DNA of 64,000 bases. Source: an uncultured Thermoleophilia bacterium (GTDB lineage Bacteria > Actinomycetota > Thermoleophilia > UBA2241). Below the pieces are notes generated by a model. It saw nothing but the letters and a program-made list of their open reading frames with translations. It was not told the DNA's origin and ran no database searches. The stretch spans positions 77,955 through 141,954 of the forward strand of contig CAVQLY010000005.1 of assembly GCA_963713475.1 (NCBI GenBank), written 5' to 3'. Both the position numbers and the translations under genes were made by a program. Of the stretch, positions 20,460 to 30,827 are shown in pieces; the stretch's first letter is position 1; each line of letters opens with the position of its first letter.

Positions 20460-20478
20460 TCACCGGAATCCGGTGATT
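20460..20478 (-). promoter_or_regulatory. P palindrome, copy 1 (atcaccggaatccggtgat)
   Basis: Perfect 8+3+8 palindrome, about 115 nt upstream of ATG 20355. In gene orientation it reads TCACCGG-ATT-CCGGTGA followed by TGAC. Confidence 0.6.
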
Positions 20479-20962
20479 TTGGGGCGGCCCAAGCGCGAGA
20501 GACGCCCGTCTGCAGGAGTGACGTTGGGGGGGCCGGAGGCGCGCCGGCGCCGGCACAACCGGGACACGCGGCGATCGCAGGCCCTACGCGCGCTCGAAGA
20601 TCCAGGCCGCGACCCTGGTGTTGAGTTCCTCGGCGCCAGCCTCACGGCGAACACCTGCAGCCGGTTTCCACGGCCGGGGATGGCGATGAGGTCCCGCCTC
20701 TTGCACGCGGCCGTCAATGGAACCAGGCAGAAGCGGGCGCCGGAGGCCGCGTTGAGGATCGCCCCGACCGGCGCCAGCGCGCCTGCCGTCGTCGTCGCCG
20801 GGAGAGGGTCTGCCGCGCCTGCCCGACAGGTCGTGTGCGTCGGTGATGGCTGTGATGGCCGAACGGCATACACACTGGCGACGTCGCCTGAAGGACGTCG
20901 ACCATGGACTCGAAGAGCCGTACCCGCGAACAGATGCCACGCGGGGCGGCACGGCATGGCAA

Positions 20963-20994
20963 GGGGCGGGCGGCCACGAAGGGCCGCCCGCCCC
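20963..20994 (-). terminator. GC-rich stem-loop after the surface-protein pseudogene
   Basis: ggggcgggcggcc-acgaag-ggccgcccgcccc, a 13-bp perfect stem 9 nt past the stop at 21003. Confidence 0.5.
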
Positions 20995-21002
20995 ATCAGT
21001 CG

Positions 21003-23023
21003 TCAGCGCCCGAGGCTCGGATAGACCTCGATGAAGTGCCACTTGCCCACGCCGCGGTTGCCGGCCTGGTCGTAGGCGACGACGCGCCAGCACCAGGTGC
21101 CGACGCCGAGGTCGCAGGTCACGGCGGTCACGAGGCGGTGATTGGCCGGGCGAACGCCAAGCTTGTACTGCTGGATCGGTACATGGTAGCGGGTGACCGC
21201 CAGCTTGGTGGTGACCCGCTTGGACGTGGCGTCGGTGACCTTGTAGGCGCACTGCATGATGCCGCCCTGCCACGTGACCGGGCTGCCGTAGTCGTGGACC
21301 ACCGGGGCGACGCTGTCGACGCGCACCGTGCACGTCTTGGCGGTCTCGACGTTGCCCAGGGTGTCGGCGGAGCGGTAGCTGACCTTCGTCGCTCCCTGGC
21401 GCTTGATGGTCACGTGGGTACCCCTGATCCACTTCCCCGAGGCGACGCGATACTCGGTGTAGGCAACGGGAGCGCCGTCGGGGGCCGCGGTAGCGACGAA
21501 GCGCAGGCTGACCGCGTGCCGCGCCCAGCCACCGCGGGCACCCTTGACCACCGTCGTCGGAGGATTCGTGACGAGCGGGGCGGTGAAGCTCATCTCCTCA
21601 CCGTAGGCCACGGCCTCTCCCGCGGCCTTGGCGCGGAAGTAGTAGGTGGCGCCCGGCGTCAGGCCGCTGATGCGCGGCGCTGAAGGCGCCCGTCGCGGTC
21701 CTGGCCGCCGGGGTCGTCTCAGTCGTGTAGGTCCCTGAGGCGGTCCCGTACTCGAAGGAGACGTTCACGGTCGTGCTGGATCCCAGGTCCTCGAGGGTGC
21801 CGTTCAGGGTGGCCGCCTGGCTGGTGACGGACGTGGCGGCGTTGGTCGCGACCCTGGGCGGGATGTAGGAGCTGCCCTTCAGCAGCGTCAGCATCGCCCA
21901 GCAGGTGCTGCGGAGCGTCGACTCGTCCTCGTCGTAGCCGCCGCCCTCCCAGTGCCCGTCCGCGAACTGGTTGGCGACGATGACGTCGCTGAAGTCCGCG
22001 TACCAGTCGATCCCGTTGAACGTCTCGATACCCAGCGCGGTGAACCCCTTCATGGCCGCCGCCGTGGCGATGTACGACGGCTTCTGCTGCCAGGGATTCT
22101 CTGAGGCGGGATCTCCGCGCCAGCCGTAGTCATTCGAGGAGTCGTAGCCGTTGGTCTTGTCGGCCCAGTGCGTGGTCATGAAGGTCAGGGCGTCCTGCAC
22201 GCGCTGGGTGGCGACGGTGTCGCCGCAGAGGCTCTGGTTGAACAGCAGGTGTCCCGTCTTGTAGGTGTTGATCCAACCCACCGTATTCGGTGTACGCGGC
22301 GCCGCCGAACGTCGGGGCCCGGGCGTAGTCGACTGGATGAAGTCGTTCCAGGTCGACAGCCGAGTGAGCGTGTCCGCCGGAATCGTGCAGCCCATGCTGT
22401 GGGCGGCGTAGCCGAGTCCCATGCCGACCCAGCCGGTCGCCGACTGGTCGCCGTAGGTCGCTGCCCTTGTAGTAGTACCAGGCGCCGTTGGCGTCGCCGG
22501 TGGTGACCTGCGCCGAGGCGAGCCAGTCGACCGCCATCTGCGCGACCTGCTTGTACGTGAATCCGTTCAGATCTCCGCCGACCACGGTGGCGTTCGGCGT
22601 CCCCGAGCGAGCGATCGCCATCAGGCAGGGGCCCGTCTGATAGGCATTGATGCCGTTGTCGTTCCAGTAGACCCAGTGGTCCGCTGGTTCATAGACCGCC
22701 GATGCGAAGAGGAAATCGAGCCCGGCCTGGACGTTTGCGGCGTAGGCATATGACGGATCGAGCGGGGCCTTGCGGAGCTGCTCGGCGTAGTGCTCGAGCA
22801 CCGCCACCGCGAAGCCGGTATTGGCGCTGTAGTACTCGTCCGACGGCCACGCGCCGGTCGGCGCTCCGCCGGTCGACTGCAGCGGCACGAGGTAGCCGAC
22901 GCCCTTGGCGAGCGCCGCGTCGATGTCGGCTTTGCTGGCGGCCCCGGCCGACGCGGCAAACACAAGGCCTAACAGGAGCAGCACCAGTACCAGCAGGACA
23001 GGGATGTGCCGAGATGTCTTCAT
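21003..23023 (-). pseudogene. Exported prenyltransferase/squalene-oxidase-repeat-like surface protein with Fn3/Ig-like C-terminal modules, disrupted by at least 4 frameshifts
   Basis: Signal peptide at ATG 23023 (MKTSRHIPVLLVLVLLLLG). Homology continues through ORFs 22130..23095, 21598..22422 and 21003..21611 in different frames (e.g. YYYKG|ATYGDQSATGWVGMGLGY, SAA|ISGLTPGATYYFRAKA). Confidence 0.7.
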
Positions 23024-23117
23024 TGGATCTCCCCTCCAGTCGATGCCAATCCAAGACCATCGACGCGGGGTATCGGCCCTCCCCGCAGCCGTCATCCCAT
23101 TCTAGTCCCACGCTCCT

Positions 23118-23480
23118 CGTCGCGTCGAGGGTGTCGGAACGTAGTCGTTGGCCGGTGGCTGCGGGCTCGGCCGCGATGCCTGACACCCAGGGATCGGAGC
23201 AGCCGCCACTCCAGGCCGCCGACGATGATCTCGAGTCCCTCCTCATAGGCCGCCTCGGAAAACGTGGCAGGCACGCTCACCGTCGCGTCGAGGGTGTCGG
23301 GACGGATTCATCGCCGGCGGCTGCGTTCTCGACCGCGATGACTGCCGCCCACGGGGCCCGGATCAGACCGCTCCGGGCGCCAGACCGGCGCCGCCCAGGG
23401 ATCAGAGGAGCCGCCGCTCCAGGCCGCCGACGATGATCTCGAGTCCCTCCTCGTAGGCCGCCTCGGAGAGAGTGGCGGGC
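23118..23480. repeat. Tandem duplication (about 165-210 bp units) of the TetR gene 3' end and downstream flank
   Basis: cgtcgcgtcgagggtgtcgg occurs at 23118 and 23281. ccaggccgccgacgatgatctcgagtccctcctc occurs at 23211 and 23419. ORF 23092..23280 re-encodes PATFSEAAYEEGLEIIVGGLE, which is the TetR C-terminus. Confidence 0.65.
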
Positions 23481-24025
23481 ATGCGGTCGGCGAGCTCGCT
23501 CGCCTCCTGGTCGAGTTCGTCGTGCGGCGCCGTCGCGCGCCGCATCACCGCCTGCGTCTCCAGCAGGAGGAAGCCCGTCTCGAACGCGTCGAGCACGCTC
23601 CAGACCTCGACGAAGGCTTCGATCGGCGCGCCCAGCGCGACGTAGAAGTCGCGCAGACGGCGGGCGAAGTCGAGCAGCGGCGGCTCGTCGCTGGCCGCGG
23701 CGGCGACGAGCGCGAAGGCGCGCGGGTGGCGCAGCGCCATCGCGCGCAGCGAGCGGCCGACCTGCTTGGCGCCGTCGCGCCAGGTGAGGCCGGGGCTGAT
23801 CGTCAGGTCCATCTCGGCGACGAGCAGGGCCACGATGTCCGCGACCAGAGCCTCGCGCGACGGCACGTAGTGGTAGAGCGTCATCGTGCCCACACCGAGC
23901 TCGCCGGCCACCTTGCGGAGGCTGAGCGCCTCGGAGCCGTCGCGGTCGACGACGGCCAGCGCGGCCCGCGCGATCGAGTCGCGATTCAGGTGCGCGTGGC
24001 GGTTTCCCCTGGGGTCCTTTGACAT
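23402..24025 (-). CDS. TetR-family transcriptional regulator
   Basis: ORF 23402..24313. Start at ATG 24025 (MSKDPRGNRHAHLNRDSIARAALAVV). HTH region LSLRKVAGELGVGTMTLYHYV. Confidence 0.85.
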   Translation of the reverse strand: MSKDPRGNRHAHLNRDSIARAALAVVDRDGSEALSLRKVAGELGVGTMTLYHYVPSREALVADIVALLVAEMDLTISPGLTWRDGAKQVGRSLRAMALRHPRAFALVAAAASDEPPLLDFARRLRDFYVALGAPIEAFVEVWSVLDAFETGFLLLETQAVMRRATAPHDELDQEASELADRMPATLSEAAYEEGLEIIVGGLERRLL

Positions 24026-24107
24026 CCGCGCAAGCTTATCAGAGGATAGTCGTACAGTGTACGAGTCCGGTCTCGCGAACACGTCACCGACCACGCAGGA
24101 GGGGAAC

Positions 24108-25484
24108 GTGAAACGCTTCATCTCTACGATCGTCCTTGCCTTGGCGCTGTTGCTCACGGTCGCCGCCGCGCCGGCGCTCGCCACGCCGCGCACCATCGTC
24201 GAACGACCGGCGGTGGCCTCCGCGGAGGCCCTCACGCAGCAGCTGCAGGCGGTCATGGCCGACCAGGTCATGCCGATCCTGGCCATGCAGGCCGTCGTCG
24301 TGAAGGACGGCAAGGTCGTCTACGTGAAGAGCCTCGGCCCGCGGTACGTCGACAACGCCGTGCCGGCCAACGACCTGCCCGTCATGAACGACACCAAGTA
24401 CCGCATCGCCTCGATCTCCAAGATGGTCGCGGCGATCGGCGTCATGCAGCAGGTCGAGAAGGGCAAGATCAGGCTCGACGCCGACGTGAGCCGCTACCTC
24501 GGCTTCACGTTCCGCAATCCCAACTTCCCGGGCGAGAAGATCACCGCCCGCATGCTGCTCTCGCACACGTCGTCACTCCGCGACGGCGACTACTACACGT
24601 TCCCCGCCACCGACAAGCTCAGCGACTACGTGACTCCGACGGGCGGCCACTTCGAGGATGGCGCCCGCTGGCAGACGCCGATCGACGGCACCGACGCCGG
24701 TCCCGGGCACTACTTCTCCTACCAGAACCTCAACTACGGCGTGCTCGCCACCATCCTCGAGTCGGTGACGCACCAGCGCTTCGACCGCTACATGTGGGCG
24801 CACGTGCTGAAGCCGCTCGGCTGCGACGCGAGCTACGACGTGCGCGCGTTCTCGCCCAAGGATCTGGCCAAGGTCGGCGTGCTGTACCGGAAGATGGACG
24901 ACCAGGGCGTGTGGGACACGGCCGGCCCGTGGTACCCGCAGGTCGACGACTACCGCGGCGTGCGCCCGCCGGCGCCGGTGGGCTCCGTCCATTACGTGCC
25001 CGGCACCAACGCGACGTGGGAGTCGCCCCAGGGCGGCCTGCGCATCTCCGCCCTCGACCTCTCGAAGGTCATGCGCATGTTCATGAACGGCGGCAGCTAC
25101 CACGGTCACCGGCTGCTCGAGCGGGCCACGGTGCGCCTCATGTTCAAGCCCGAGTGGACCTATGACGCGGCCGCCAACAACGGCGACACCCAGGGCTGGT
25201 GCGCGGAGTGGGGTCTCGGCGTGCAGATCCTCAAGAACGACCCGGACGTCGGCGACCGGCTCCTCCCCACGCCCGACAGCCCGCACTGGCAGGGTCACCT
25301 GGGCGAGGCCTACGGCATGATCAGCAACATGCTGTTCGACCGGCGGACCGGCGACGGCTACATCTACTACTGCGCCGGCATGGGCGCCGACCCGTTCGAG
25401 CACTGGAGCGACTACGCGCCGGCGTTCTTCTCCTTCGACTCGACGATCGTCCAGGCGATCTTCGAGAACTACTTCAGCAACTAG
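24108..25484 (+). CDS. Exported serine hydrolase (beta-lactamase/DD-peptidase family)
   Basis: GTG 24108 is preceded by aggagggg. Signal peptide present. SxxK motif in YRIASISKMVAA. Divergent from the TetR gene. Confidence 0.8.
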   Translation: MKRFISTIVLALALLLTVAAAPALATPRTIVERPAVASAEALTQQLQAVMADQVMPILAMQAVVVKDGKVVYVKSLGPRYVDNAVPANDLPVMNDTKYRIASISKMVAAIGVMQQVEKGKIRLDADVSRYLGFTFRNPNFPGEKITARMLLSHTSSLRDGDYYTFPATDKLSDYVTPTGGHFEDGARWQTPIDGTDAGPGHYFSYQNLNYGVLATILESVTHQRFDRYMWAHVLKPLGCDASYDVRAFSPKDLAKVGVLYRKMDDQGVWDTAGPWYPQVDDYRGVRPPAPVGSVHYVPGTNATWESPQGGLRISALDLSKVMRMFMNGGSYHGHRLLERATVRLMFKPEWTYDAAANNGDTQGWCAEWGLGVQILKNDPDVGDRLLPTPDSPHWQGHLGEAYGMISNMLFDRRTGDGYIYYCAGMGADPFEHWSDYAPAFFSFDSTIVQAIFENYFSN

Positions 25485-25505
25485 CGCCGACGCACACCCG
25501 AGGCG

Positions 25506-25539
25506 ACGACGGAGGGGGCCGGTCGGCCCCCTCCGTCGT
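25506..25539. terminator. Bidirectional stem-loop between convergent genes
   Basis: acgacggagggggcc-ggtc-ggccccctccgtcgt, a 15-bp perfect stem between stops at 25484 (+) and 25548 (-). Confidence 0.55.
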
Positions 25540-25547
25540 TTGGAACG

Positions 25548-26651
25548 TCAGTCCAGCGCCACGACCCGGTAGGTGTTCTCGCACGGCCGCCCCGCGCAGA
25601 CGTGCATGCGGCGCTCTTCCAGTTCGATGATCACGCTGCCCGTCGTAGGGCCGTCGTGCGGATCGTCCGGCACGGGATGAGCGCAGATCGAGGTCGGCGC
25701 GTTGACGTGATCCCGGAGGACGCCGGCGACGATGGCGAACGGGTCGTCGCCGGTAGCCATGCCCGCCGCCGTCAGCTCGCGCCCGCGCTCCAACCGCAGC
25801 CGCGATCCCGCGGATTCGGAGCGTTCGACGTCCTGCATCTCGGCGGCCGTGAAGTGGTTGGTGTGCACCAGCCAGCCGTCGGCCTCGATGGTCACCGCGC
25901 GCTCGGACGAGACCTCGAGGTCCCAGATGGCGCCGCCGGCCTCGGCGTTGAGGTGGTTGGAACCGCGGGCGCGCCCACGCATGCAGGCGCGTGCGTCCGC
26001 CTCCGCGCGCATGGCCGCCTCGAGCAGCCAGCGATGCTTGAAGGAGTTGGGCATCCCGGGGCGCTCGTCACGTGCGTAGAGCGTGTTGCCGTAGAAGGCG
26101 ATCCCGTGCGAGTTCACGCCGCACATGGGCAGGTAGGCGGCTCCGGTCAGCGAGAGGATGCGCGTGCCGTCGGGCACCGTCAGTGAGAGCAGCACCATGT
26201 TCTCGACGTCGGCCTCGATCCAGTCTTCGTTGTGCCCGACGACCGTGCGCCCCTGAGCGTTCAGTGCGAGACAGGTGCACCGGTCCGGAGGCCGCAGCGG
26301 CGCGGTCGCGCCCGGCCCCGCGGCGCCCGGCTCCGCGGCACAGAGGATCTCCTCGCCGCAGTTCAGCACGAGGAGCTTCTCGAACGGCACGCCCGCGCCC
26401 TCGGCCATGCCGGCGAGCTCGTCGACGTACTGTGGAAGCTCGCGTTCGGCGTGCCGTAGAAGCGGCAGTGCACGTGCTTCGGCTGCCGCGAACGACATCC
26501 CCGCGAGCCACTCGATGTGCTCCTCGTAGTAGGCGACCGAGCGCCGGATAGGTTCGCGCCCCGCCTCGCCCACCTGGCGCCCGATCTCCCGATGCGTTCC
26601 GCGCGCCTCGATCAGGGGCAGCGAAGCCTGCAGGTCCCGTCCCACCTTCAC
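25548..26651 (-). CDS. Peptidase C45 / acyl-CoA:6-aminopenicillanic-acid acyltransferase family protein
   Basis: The family pattern is recognisable: N-terminal GTHREIGRQVGEA, and a putative autoprocessing Cys in DRCTCLAL. Confidence 0.7.
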   Translation of the reverse strand: MKVGRDLQASLPLIEARGTHREIGRQVGEAGREPIRRSVAYYEEHIEWLAGMSFAAAEARALPLLRHAERELPQYVDELAGMAEGAGVPFEKLLVLNCGEEILCAAEPGAAGPGATAPLRPPDRCTCLALNAQGRTVVGHNEDWIEADVENMVLLSLTVPDGTRILSLTGAAYLPMCGVNSHGIAFYGNTLYARDERPGMPNSFKHRWLLEAAMRAEADARACMRGRARGSNHLNAEAGGAIWDLEVSSERAVTIEADGWLVHTNHFTAAEMQDVERSESAGSRLRLERGRELTAAGMATGDDPFAIVAGVLRDHVNAPTSICAHPVPDDPHDGPTTGSVIIELEERRMHVCAGRPCENTYRVVALD

Positions 26652-26822
26652 CTCACCTCTTCGTGGTCCTGGGCGAGCGCACGGAAGCCATGACGCCGGA
26701 GCGTCCGGGCGACCCGACCCCGCCGAGACTATCGCGGTACGGCGTGGTGCGCCGAGGCGCGGCGTCTTGTCGGCGATCCGTCGGCGTCAACTCGTGCAAG
26801 CAACTGCGCAGTTGCCGGCCGC

Positions 26823-27344
26823 CTACCACACGAAGGGCACCAGGCTGTGTCGTACCTCCTGGCGATACGCCTCGTACTCGGGGTGCTCCTCGCTCAGCCA
26901 GGCCTCCTCCCGGCGACGCTTGGCGTCCAGGAACAGCGCGCCGGCGCCCCACGGAGCCAGCACGACGGGCGACGACGCAAGCGACCAGGCCAGGGCGAGA
27001 AGGAGTACCCCGCCGTAGATGGGATGGCGGACGAGCCCGTACGCGCCGTCCCGCCTCAGGCTCGCCTCCGGGACGGGCTTGGGAAAGGGCGTGAGCTGCG
27101 TGCCGAGTCCGCCTGCCCCGCCTGCGAACAGATAGGTGCCGGCCAGCGCGGTCGGGCCGGCGATCAACAGACGCAGACCGCGGGTCCTGGCGGGCCATCG
27201 CCGCCCGCGCATCCCAGCCGCGACCATGGCGGCAAGGAGCAGGACCTGCACCGCCACCCACCCCTCTCCCCGCGGCCCCATCTCCGGAAAGGTCCAGGCC
27301 GCGCCCGCCGTGCCGGGTCCGTCCCGGCCTGCCGTCTCGGTCAC
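26823..27344 (-). CDS. Isoprenylcysteine carboxyl methyltransferase (ICMT/PEMT) family membrane protein
   Basis: LVRHPIYGGVLLLALAWSL and C-terminal RREEAWLSEEHPEYEAYRQEV. Confidence 0.75.
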   Translation of the reverse strand: MTETAGRDGPGTAGAAWTFPEMGPRGEGWVAVQVLLLAAMVAAGMRGRRWPARTRGLRLLIAGPTALAGTYLFAGGAGGLGTQLTPFPKPVPEASLRRDGAYGLVRHPIYGGVLLLALAWSLASSPVVLAPWGAGALFLDAKRRREEAWLSEEHPEYEAYRQEVRHSLVPFVW

Positions 27345-27583
27345 GATGCGCCTCCTCCGATCGGTGAGCGGAAGTCCTCCCGTCTCGTCCGGTCTTCTCT
27401 CCTCACGGCGCCGACGAGGATCTCAGGCCCGATGAAGACCGCGAGAGACGACCAAACGAGCCTATCACCGACCCACGCCTGGGCAGCGACGAGAAGCGTG
27501 AGGCCGATCGGATGGCCCTCGACGTCGCTCGGCCACGACTCCAGCCTGCAACCTTCAACGGCCGCTTCCCTGGACCGCGCTGC

Positions 27584-27589
27584 TAGAAT
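27584..27589 (+). promoter_or_regulatory. Candidate -10 hexamer TAGAAT for the ECF sigma gene
   Basis: Matches the actinobacterial TANNNT/TAGAAT consensus, 33 nt before GTG 27622. No convincing -35 element. Confidence 0.35.
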
Positions 27590-27621
27590 CCTGGCGTCCG
27601 CCGTCCCGTCGTGAGGTCCGC

Positions 27622-28344
27622 GTGGCCACACTCTCGCAGCCGACCCTTGCGCCGCCCCAGCCCGCCGCCGTGGTGGAGCAGTACGGGCGCCTCGTCTCCT
27701 CGATCTGCTGGCGCATGACGCAGGACCAGGATGCGGCGCGCGAGGCGGCGCAGGAGGTGTGGATCGCCGTCCTCGAGGGGCTGCCCGGCTTCCGCGGCGA
27801 CTCGTCCCTGTCGACCTGGATCTACACCATCGCGCGGCGCGTGGTCGGCCGCTATGCGCAGGCCCGTCGCACCCAGAACGTGCGCTTCCTCAGTGCGGCG
27901 TACGAAGCCCCGGGGGAGCTCGACCCCCCGGACACCCCCGACCTCGACCACGACCTGTGGGTGCGCGAGATGTGCGACCTGTGCATCTCCGGGATGCTCC
28001 AGTGCCTGGACCCCGACGTGCGCCTGGCCTATCTGCTGCGCGAGGTCGCCGAGCTGGACTACGACGACGTCGCCCGGGTGCTCGAGGTCCAGCCGGAGGC
28101 CGCGCGCCAGATGGTGTCGCGGGCGCGCCGTAAGCTGAACCGCTTCATGAGCGGGCACTGCGCCCTCGCCAACCCGACGGGCGCCTGCCGCTGCCGCATG
28201 CGCCGGCGGGTGCAGGACGTCGACCTGCCCGCCGAATACGCGCGCCTGCGGAAGACCAGGCACCAGGCGCGCGTCATCAAGGAATCCGAACAGGTGCTGC
28301 CGCCCAAAGATTACTGGCTGGAGTTGTCACAAGCCGTCGCCTAG
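27622..28344 (+). CDS. ECF-type sigma-70 factor with a Cys/His-containing C-terminal extension
   Basis: Sigma2 region AAQEVWIAVLEGLPGFRGDSSLSTWIYTIARR. Sigma4 region YDDVARVLEVQPEAARQMVSRARRKL. An extra 55 aa or so carries HCALANPTGACRC. Confidence 0.8.
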   Translation: MATLSQPTLAPPQPAAVVEQYGRLVSSICWRMTQDQDAAREAAQEVWIAVLEGLPGFRGDSSLSTWIYTIARRVVGRYAQARRTQNVRFLSAAYEAPGELDPPDTPDLDHDLWVREMCDLCISGMLQCLDPDVRLAYLLREVAELDYDDVARVLEVQPEAARQMVSRARRKLNRFMSGHCALANPTGACRCRMRRRVQDVDLPAEYARLRKTRHQARVIKESEQVLPPKDYWLELSQAVA

Positions 28345-28352
28345 GGCCACTC

Positions 28353-30764
28353 ATGTCCATAGAGAGCCCCGACCAGAGAGGGCTCGCGACCGGACGGGAG
28401 AGACCCGATGGAACCCACCACAAGGCCAGGCCGGACGGCCGCACCGCCTCGTTCACCGAGCGTCTCGCTCGCAGCAGCGCCAGCCACCCGTGGCGCACCA
28501 TGGGCATGTGGCTGGCGATCATCATCGCCGCCGTCCTCGGCGTGAGCTCGCTGCTCGGCGGCGGCCTCACCTCCGAGATGAAGCAGCACGGCCGCCAGCC
28601 CGACAGCACGATCGCCCAGCGCCTCATCGAGGATCGCATCACCGGCCCGCAGAAGACGACCGAGTTCGTGATCGTCCGGTCCGCCGCTTACACGGCCGAA
28701 GACGCCGCCTTCAAGGCCTACGTGACGGGGCTCGCGAGCGAGATCGATGGACTCGGCAGCGGCGTCGTCGAGGGCGTGGCCACCTTCTACCAGACCGAGG
28801 ATCCGACGCTGGTCTCCGAGGACGGCCACGTGATGCTCGTCCCGGTGATCCTGGCCGGTGACCTGAACGCGGCCATCGCCAACGTCGACGCGCTGCACGC
28901 CGTCGTCACCGCCGGCCAAGATGGGGACTTCACCGTGCAGCAGACGGGCGCCGCCAGCCTGAAGCAGATGGGCAACCGGCTCGCCGAGAGCGACATGCAG
29001 AAGACCGAGGTCTTCGGCGTGCCGGTCGCGCTGATCGTGCTGGTCGCGGTCTTCGGCGCCCTGCTGGCCGCGTTCATGCCGCTGATGCTCAGCGTCGTGA
29101 GCATCATCCTGGCGCTCGCGCTCACGGCCCTGCTCGGGCAGCTCTACCCCATGAACACCTTCGTGCTCAATATCCTCACGACGATGGGCCTCGCCGTCGG
29201 CATCGACTACACGCTGTTCATCCTCAGCCGCTATCGCGAAGAGCGTGCCCGCGGCCTGGAGAAGATCGAGGCCATCGCCGCCACCGGCGCCAGCGCCAAC
29301 CGGGCCATCTTCTTCAGCGGCATGACCGTCATCCTCGCCATGCTCGGCATGGTCGTCGTCCCCATCGACCTCACCATCAGCATGGGCATCGGCGCGATGC
29401 TGGTCGTCTTCACCACGCTGCTCACCTCGCTCACGCTGCTGCCCGCGCTGCTGGGCCTGCTCGGCGACCGCGTCAACGCCGCGCGCGTGCCGCTCCTGAG
29501 CCGGCTCGGCACGCGCCGCGCCAGCGGCCACGGCGGCGTCTGGGAGCGCCTCTCGCACAGCGTCATGCGGCGGCCGGTGATCTGGCTGGTGGCCGCCGTG
29601 ACCCTGCTCCTCCTGGCCGCCTCGCCCATCGTCTTCATGCAGACCGGCAGCACCGCCGCGACAGCGGCGGGCTACCCCGACGACCAGTACGCCAAGCAGG
29701 GCTGGGACACCCTGGGCCGCGACTTCTCGCTCGGCAAGGCCGACCCGGTCCAGATCGTCGTCGACGGGCCGGCCGGTTCCGCCGCCGTCAAGGCCGGCGT
29801 CGCGCGTCTGCAGGCCGCAGTCGAGGCCGACCGCCGCTTCGGGCCGGCGCAGGTCGCGGTGAGCAAGGCCGGCGACCTGACCGTGCTCTCCGCGCCGCTC
29901 GCCGGCGACCCCGCCAGCGCCGACACGCAGGACGTCGTCAAGCGCCTGCGTGACAGCGTCGTGCCCGCCGCCTTCGGCGCCACCGCCTCGCACGTGTACG
30001 TCGCGGGCACCACGGCCGGCGTGGTCGACTACCTCGACTTCTTCGATCGCTGGCTGCCGATCGCCCTGGCCGTGGTCCTGAGCCTCAGCTTCGTGCTCCT
30101 GCTGCTCGCCTTCCGCTCCGTGGTCATCCCGGCCAAGGCGATCCTGATGAACCTGCTCTCGGTCGGCGCGGCCTACGGCCTCCTCGTGCTGGTCTTCCAG
30201 AAGGGCGTCGGCGCCCATCTGCTCGGCTTCCAGCAGGTCGACAGCATCGAGGCGTGGGTGCCGCTGTTCCTCTTCAGCCTCCTCTTCGGACTCTCGATGG
30301 ACTACCAGGTGTTCCTGCTCACGCGCATCAAGGAACGCTTCGACCGTACCGGCGACACCCGCGAGGCCGTGGCCCACGGCATCGGCCGCACGGCCGGGAT
30401 CATCACCGGCGCCGCCGCGATCATGGTCTGCGTCTTCGGCGGCATGGCGACGGGCGAGCTGGCCATGTTCCAGCAGATGGGCTTCGGCCTCGCCGTCGCG
30501 ATCTTCCTGGACGCGACCGTGGTCCGCACGATCATCGTGCCGGCCGGCATGGAGCTGCTCGGCTCCTGGAACTGGTACCTGCCGCGCTGGCTCGAGTGGC
30601 TGCCGAACATCAGCGTCGAGGGACCTCAGCCGCCGGTCGGCGAGCAGCCGCCGGTCGAGGAGGGTGGCGAGCGCGAGGACGAAGCCGGCCACACCCGCAG
30701 GCCGCACGCCCAGGGCGCGCCCGCCTTCAGGACGCCGGCTCACGGGGGCGCCCCTGCTCGCTGA
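28353..30764 (+). CDS. MMPL-family (RND superfamily) membrane transporter
   Basis: 803 aa with two 6-TM bundles and two extracytoplasmic loops. GIDYTLFILSRYREE and GLSMDYQVFLLTRIKE motifs. Starts 9 nt after the sigma stop codon. Confidence 0.85.
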   Translation: MSIESPDQRGLATGRERPDGTHHKARPDGRTASFTERLARSSASHPWRTMGMWLAIIIAAVLGVSSLLGGGLTSEMKQHGRQPDSTIAQRLIEDRITGPQKTTEFVIVRSAAYTAEDAAFKAYVTGLASEIDGLGSGVVEGVATFYQTEDPTLVSEDGHVMLVPVILAGDLNAAIANVDALHAVVTAGQDGDFTVQQTGAASLKQMGNRLAESDMQKTEVFGVPVALIVLVAVFGALLAAFMPLMLSVVSIILALALTALLGQLYPMNTFVLNILTTMGLAVGIDYTLFILSRYREERARGLEKIEAIAATGASANRAIFFSGMTVILAMLGMVVVPIDLTISMGIGAMLVVFTTLLTSLTLLPALLGLLGDRVNAARVPLLSRLGTRRASGHGGVWERLSHSVMRRPVIWLVAAVTLLLLAASPIVFMQTGSTAATAAGYPDDQYAKQGWDTLGRDFSLGKADPVQIVVDGPAGSAAVKAGVARLQAAVEADRRFGPAQVAVSKAGDLTVLSAPLAGDPASADTQDVVKRLRDSVVPAAFGATASHVYVAGTTAGVVDYLDFFDRWLPIALAVVLSLSFVLLLLAFRSVVIPAKAILMNLLSVGAAYGLLVLVFQKGVGAHLLGFQQVDSIEAWVPLFLFSLLFGLSMDYQVFLLTRIKERFDRTGDTREAVAHGIGRTAGIITGAAAIMVCVFGGMATGELAMFQQMGFGLAVAIFLDATVVRTIIVPAGMELLGSWNWYLPRWLEWLPNISVEGPQPPVGEQPPVEEGGEREDEAGHTRRPHAQGAPAFRTPAHGGAPAR

Positions 30765-30793
30765 GATCTGCTCCCCGAGTGCCGGCGCACTTG

Positions 30794-30827
30794 GCGACCG
30801 GGGCCGGCGTCAGCCGGCCCCGGTCGC
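30794..30827 (+). terminator. GC-rich stem-loop after the MMPL gene
   Basis: gcgaccggggccggc-gtca-gccggccccggtcgc, a 15-bp perfect stem with no T-tract. Confidence 0.5.

Noticed and set aside
20584-20960. Possible degenerate gene remnant on the minus strand (fragments LFESMVDVLQATSPVC, GALAPVGAILNAASGARF, GAEELNTRVAAWIFERA* in three frames).
   Set aside because: No family was recognised and the fragments are too short and frame-scattered to support a call.
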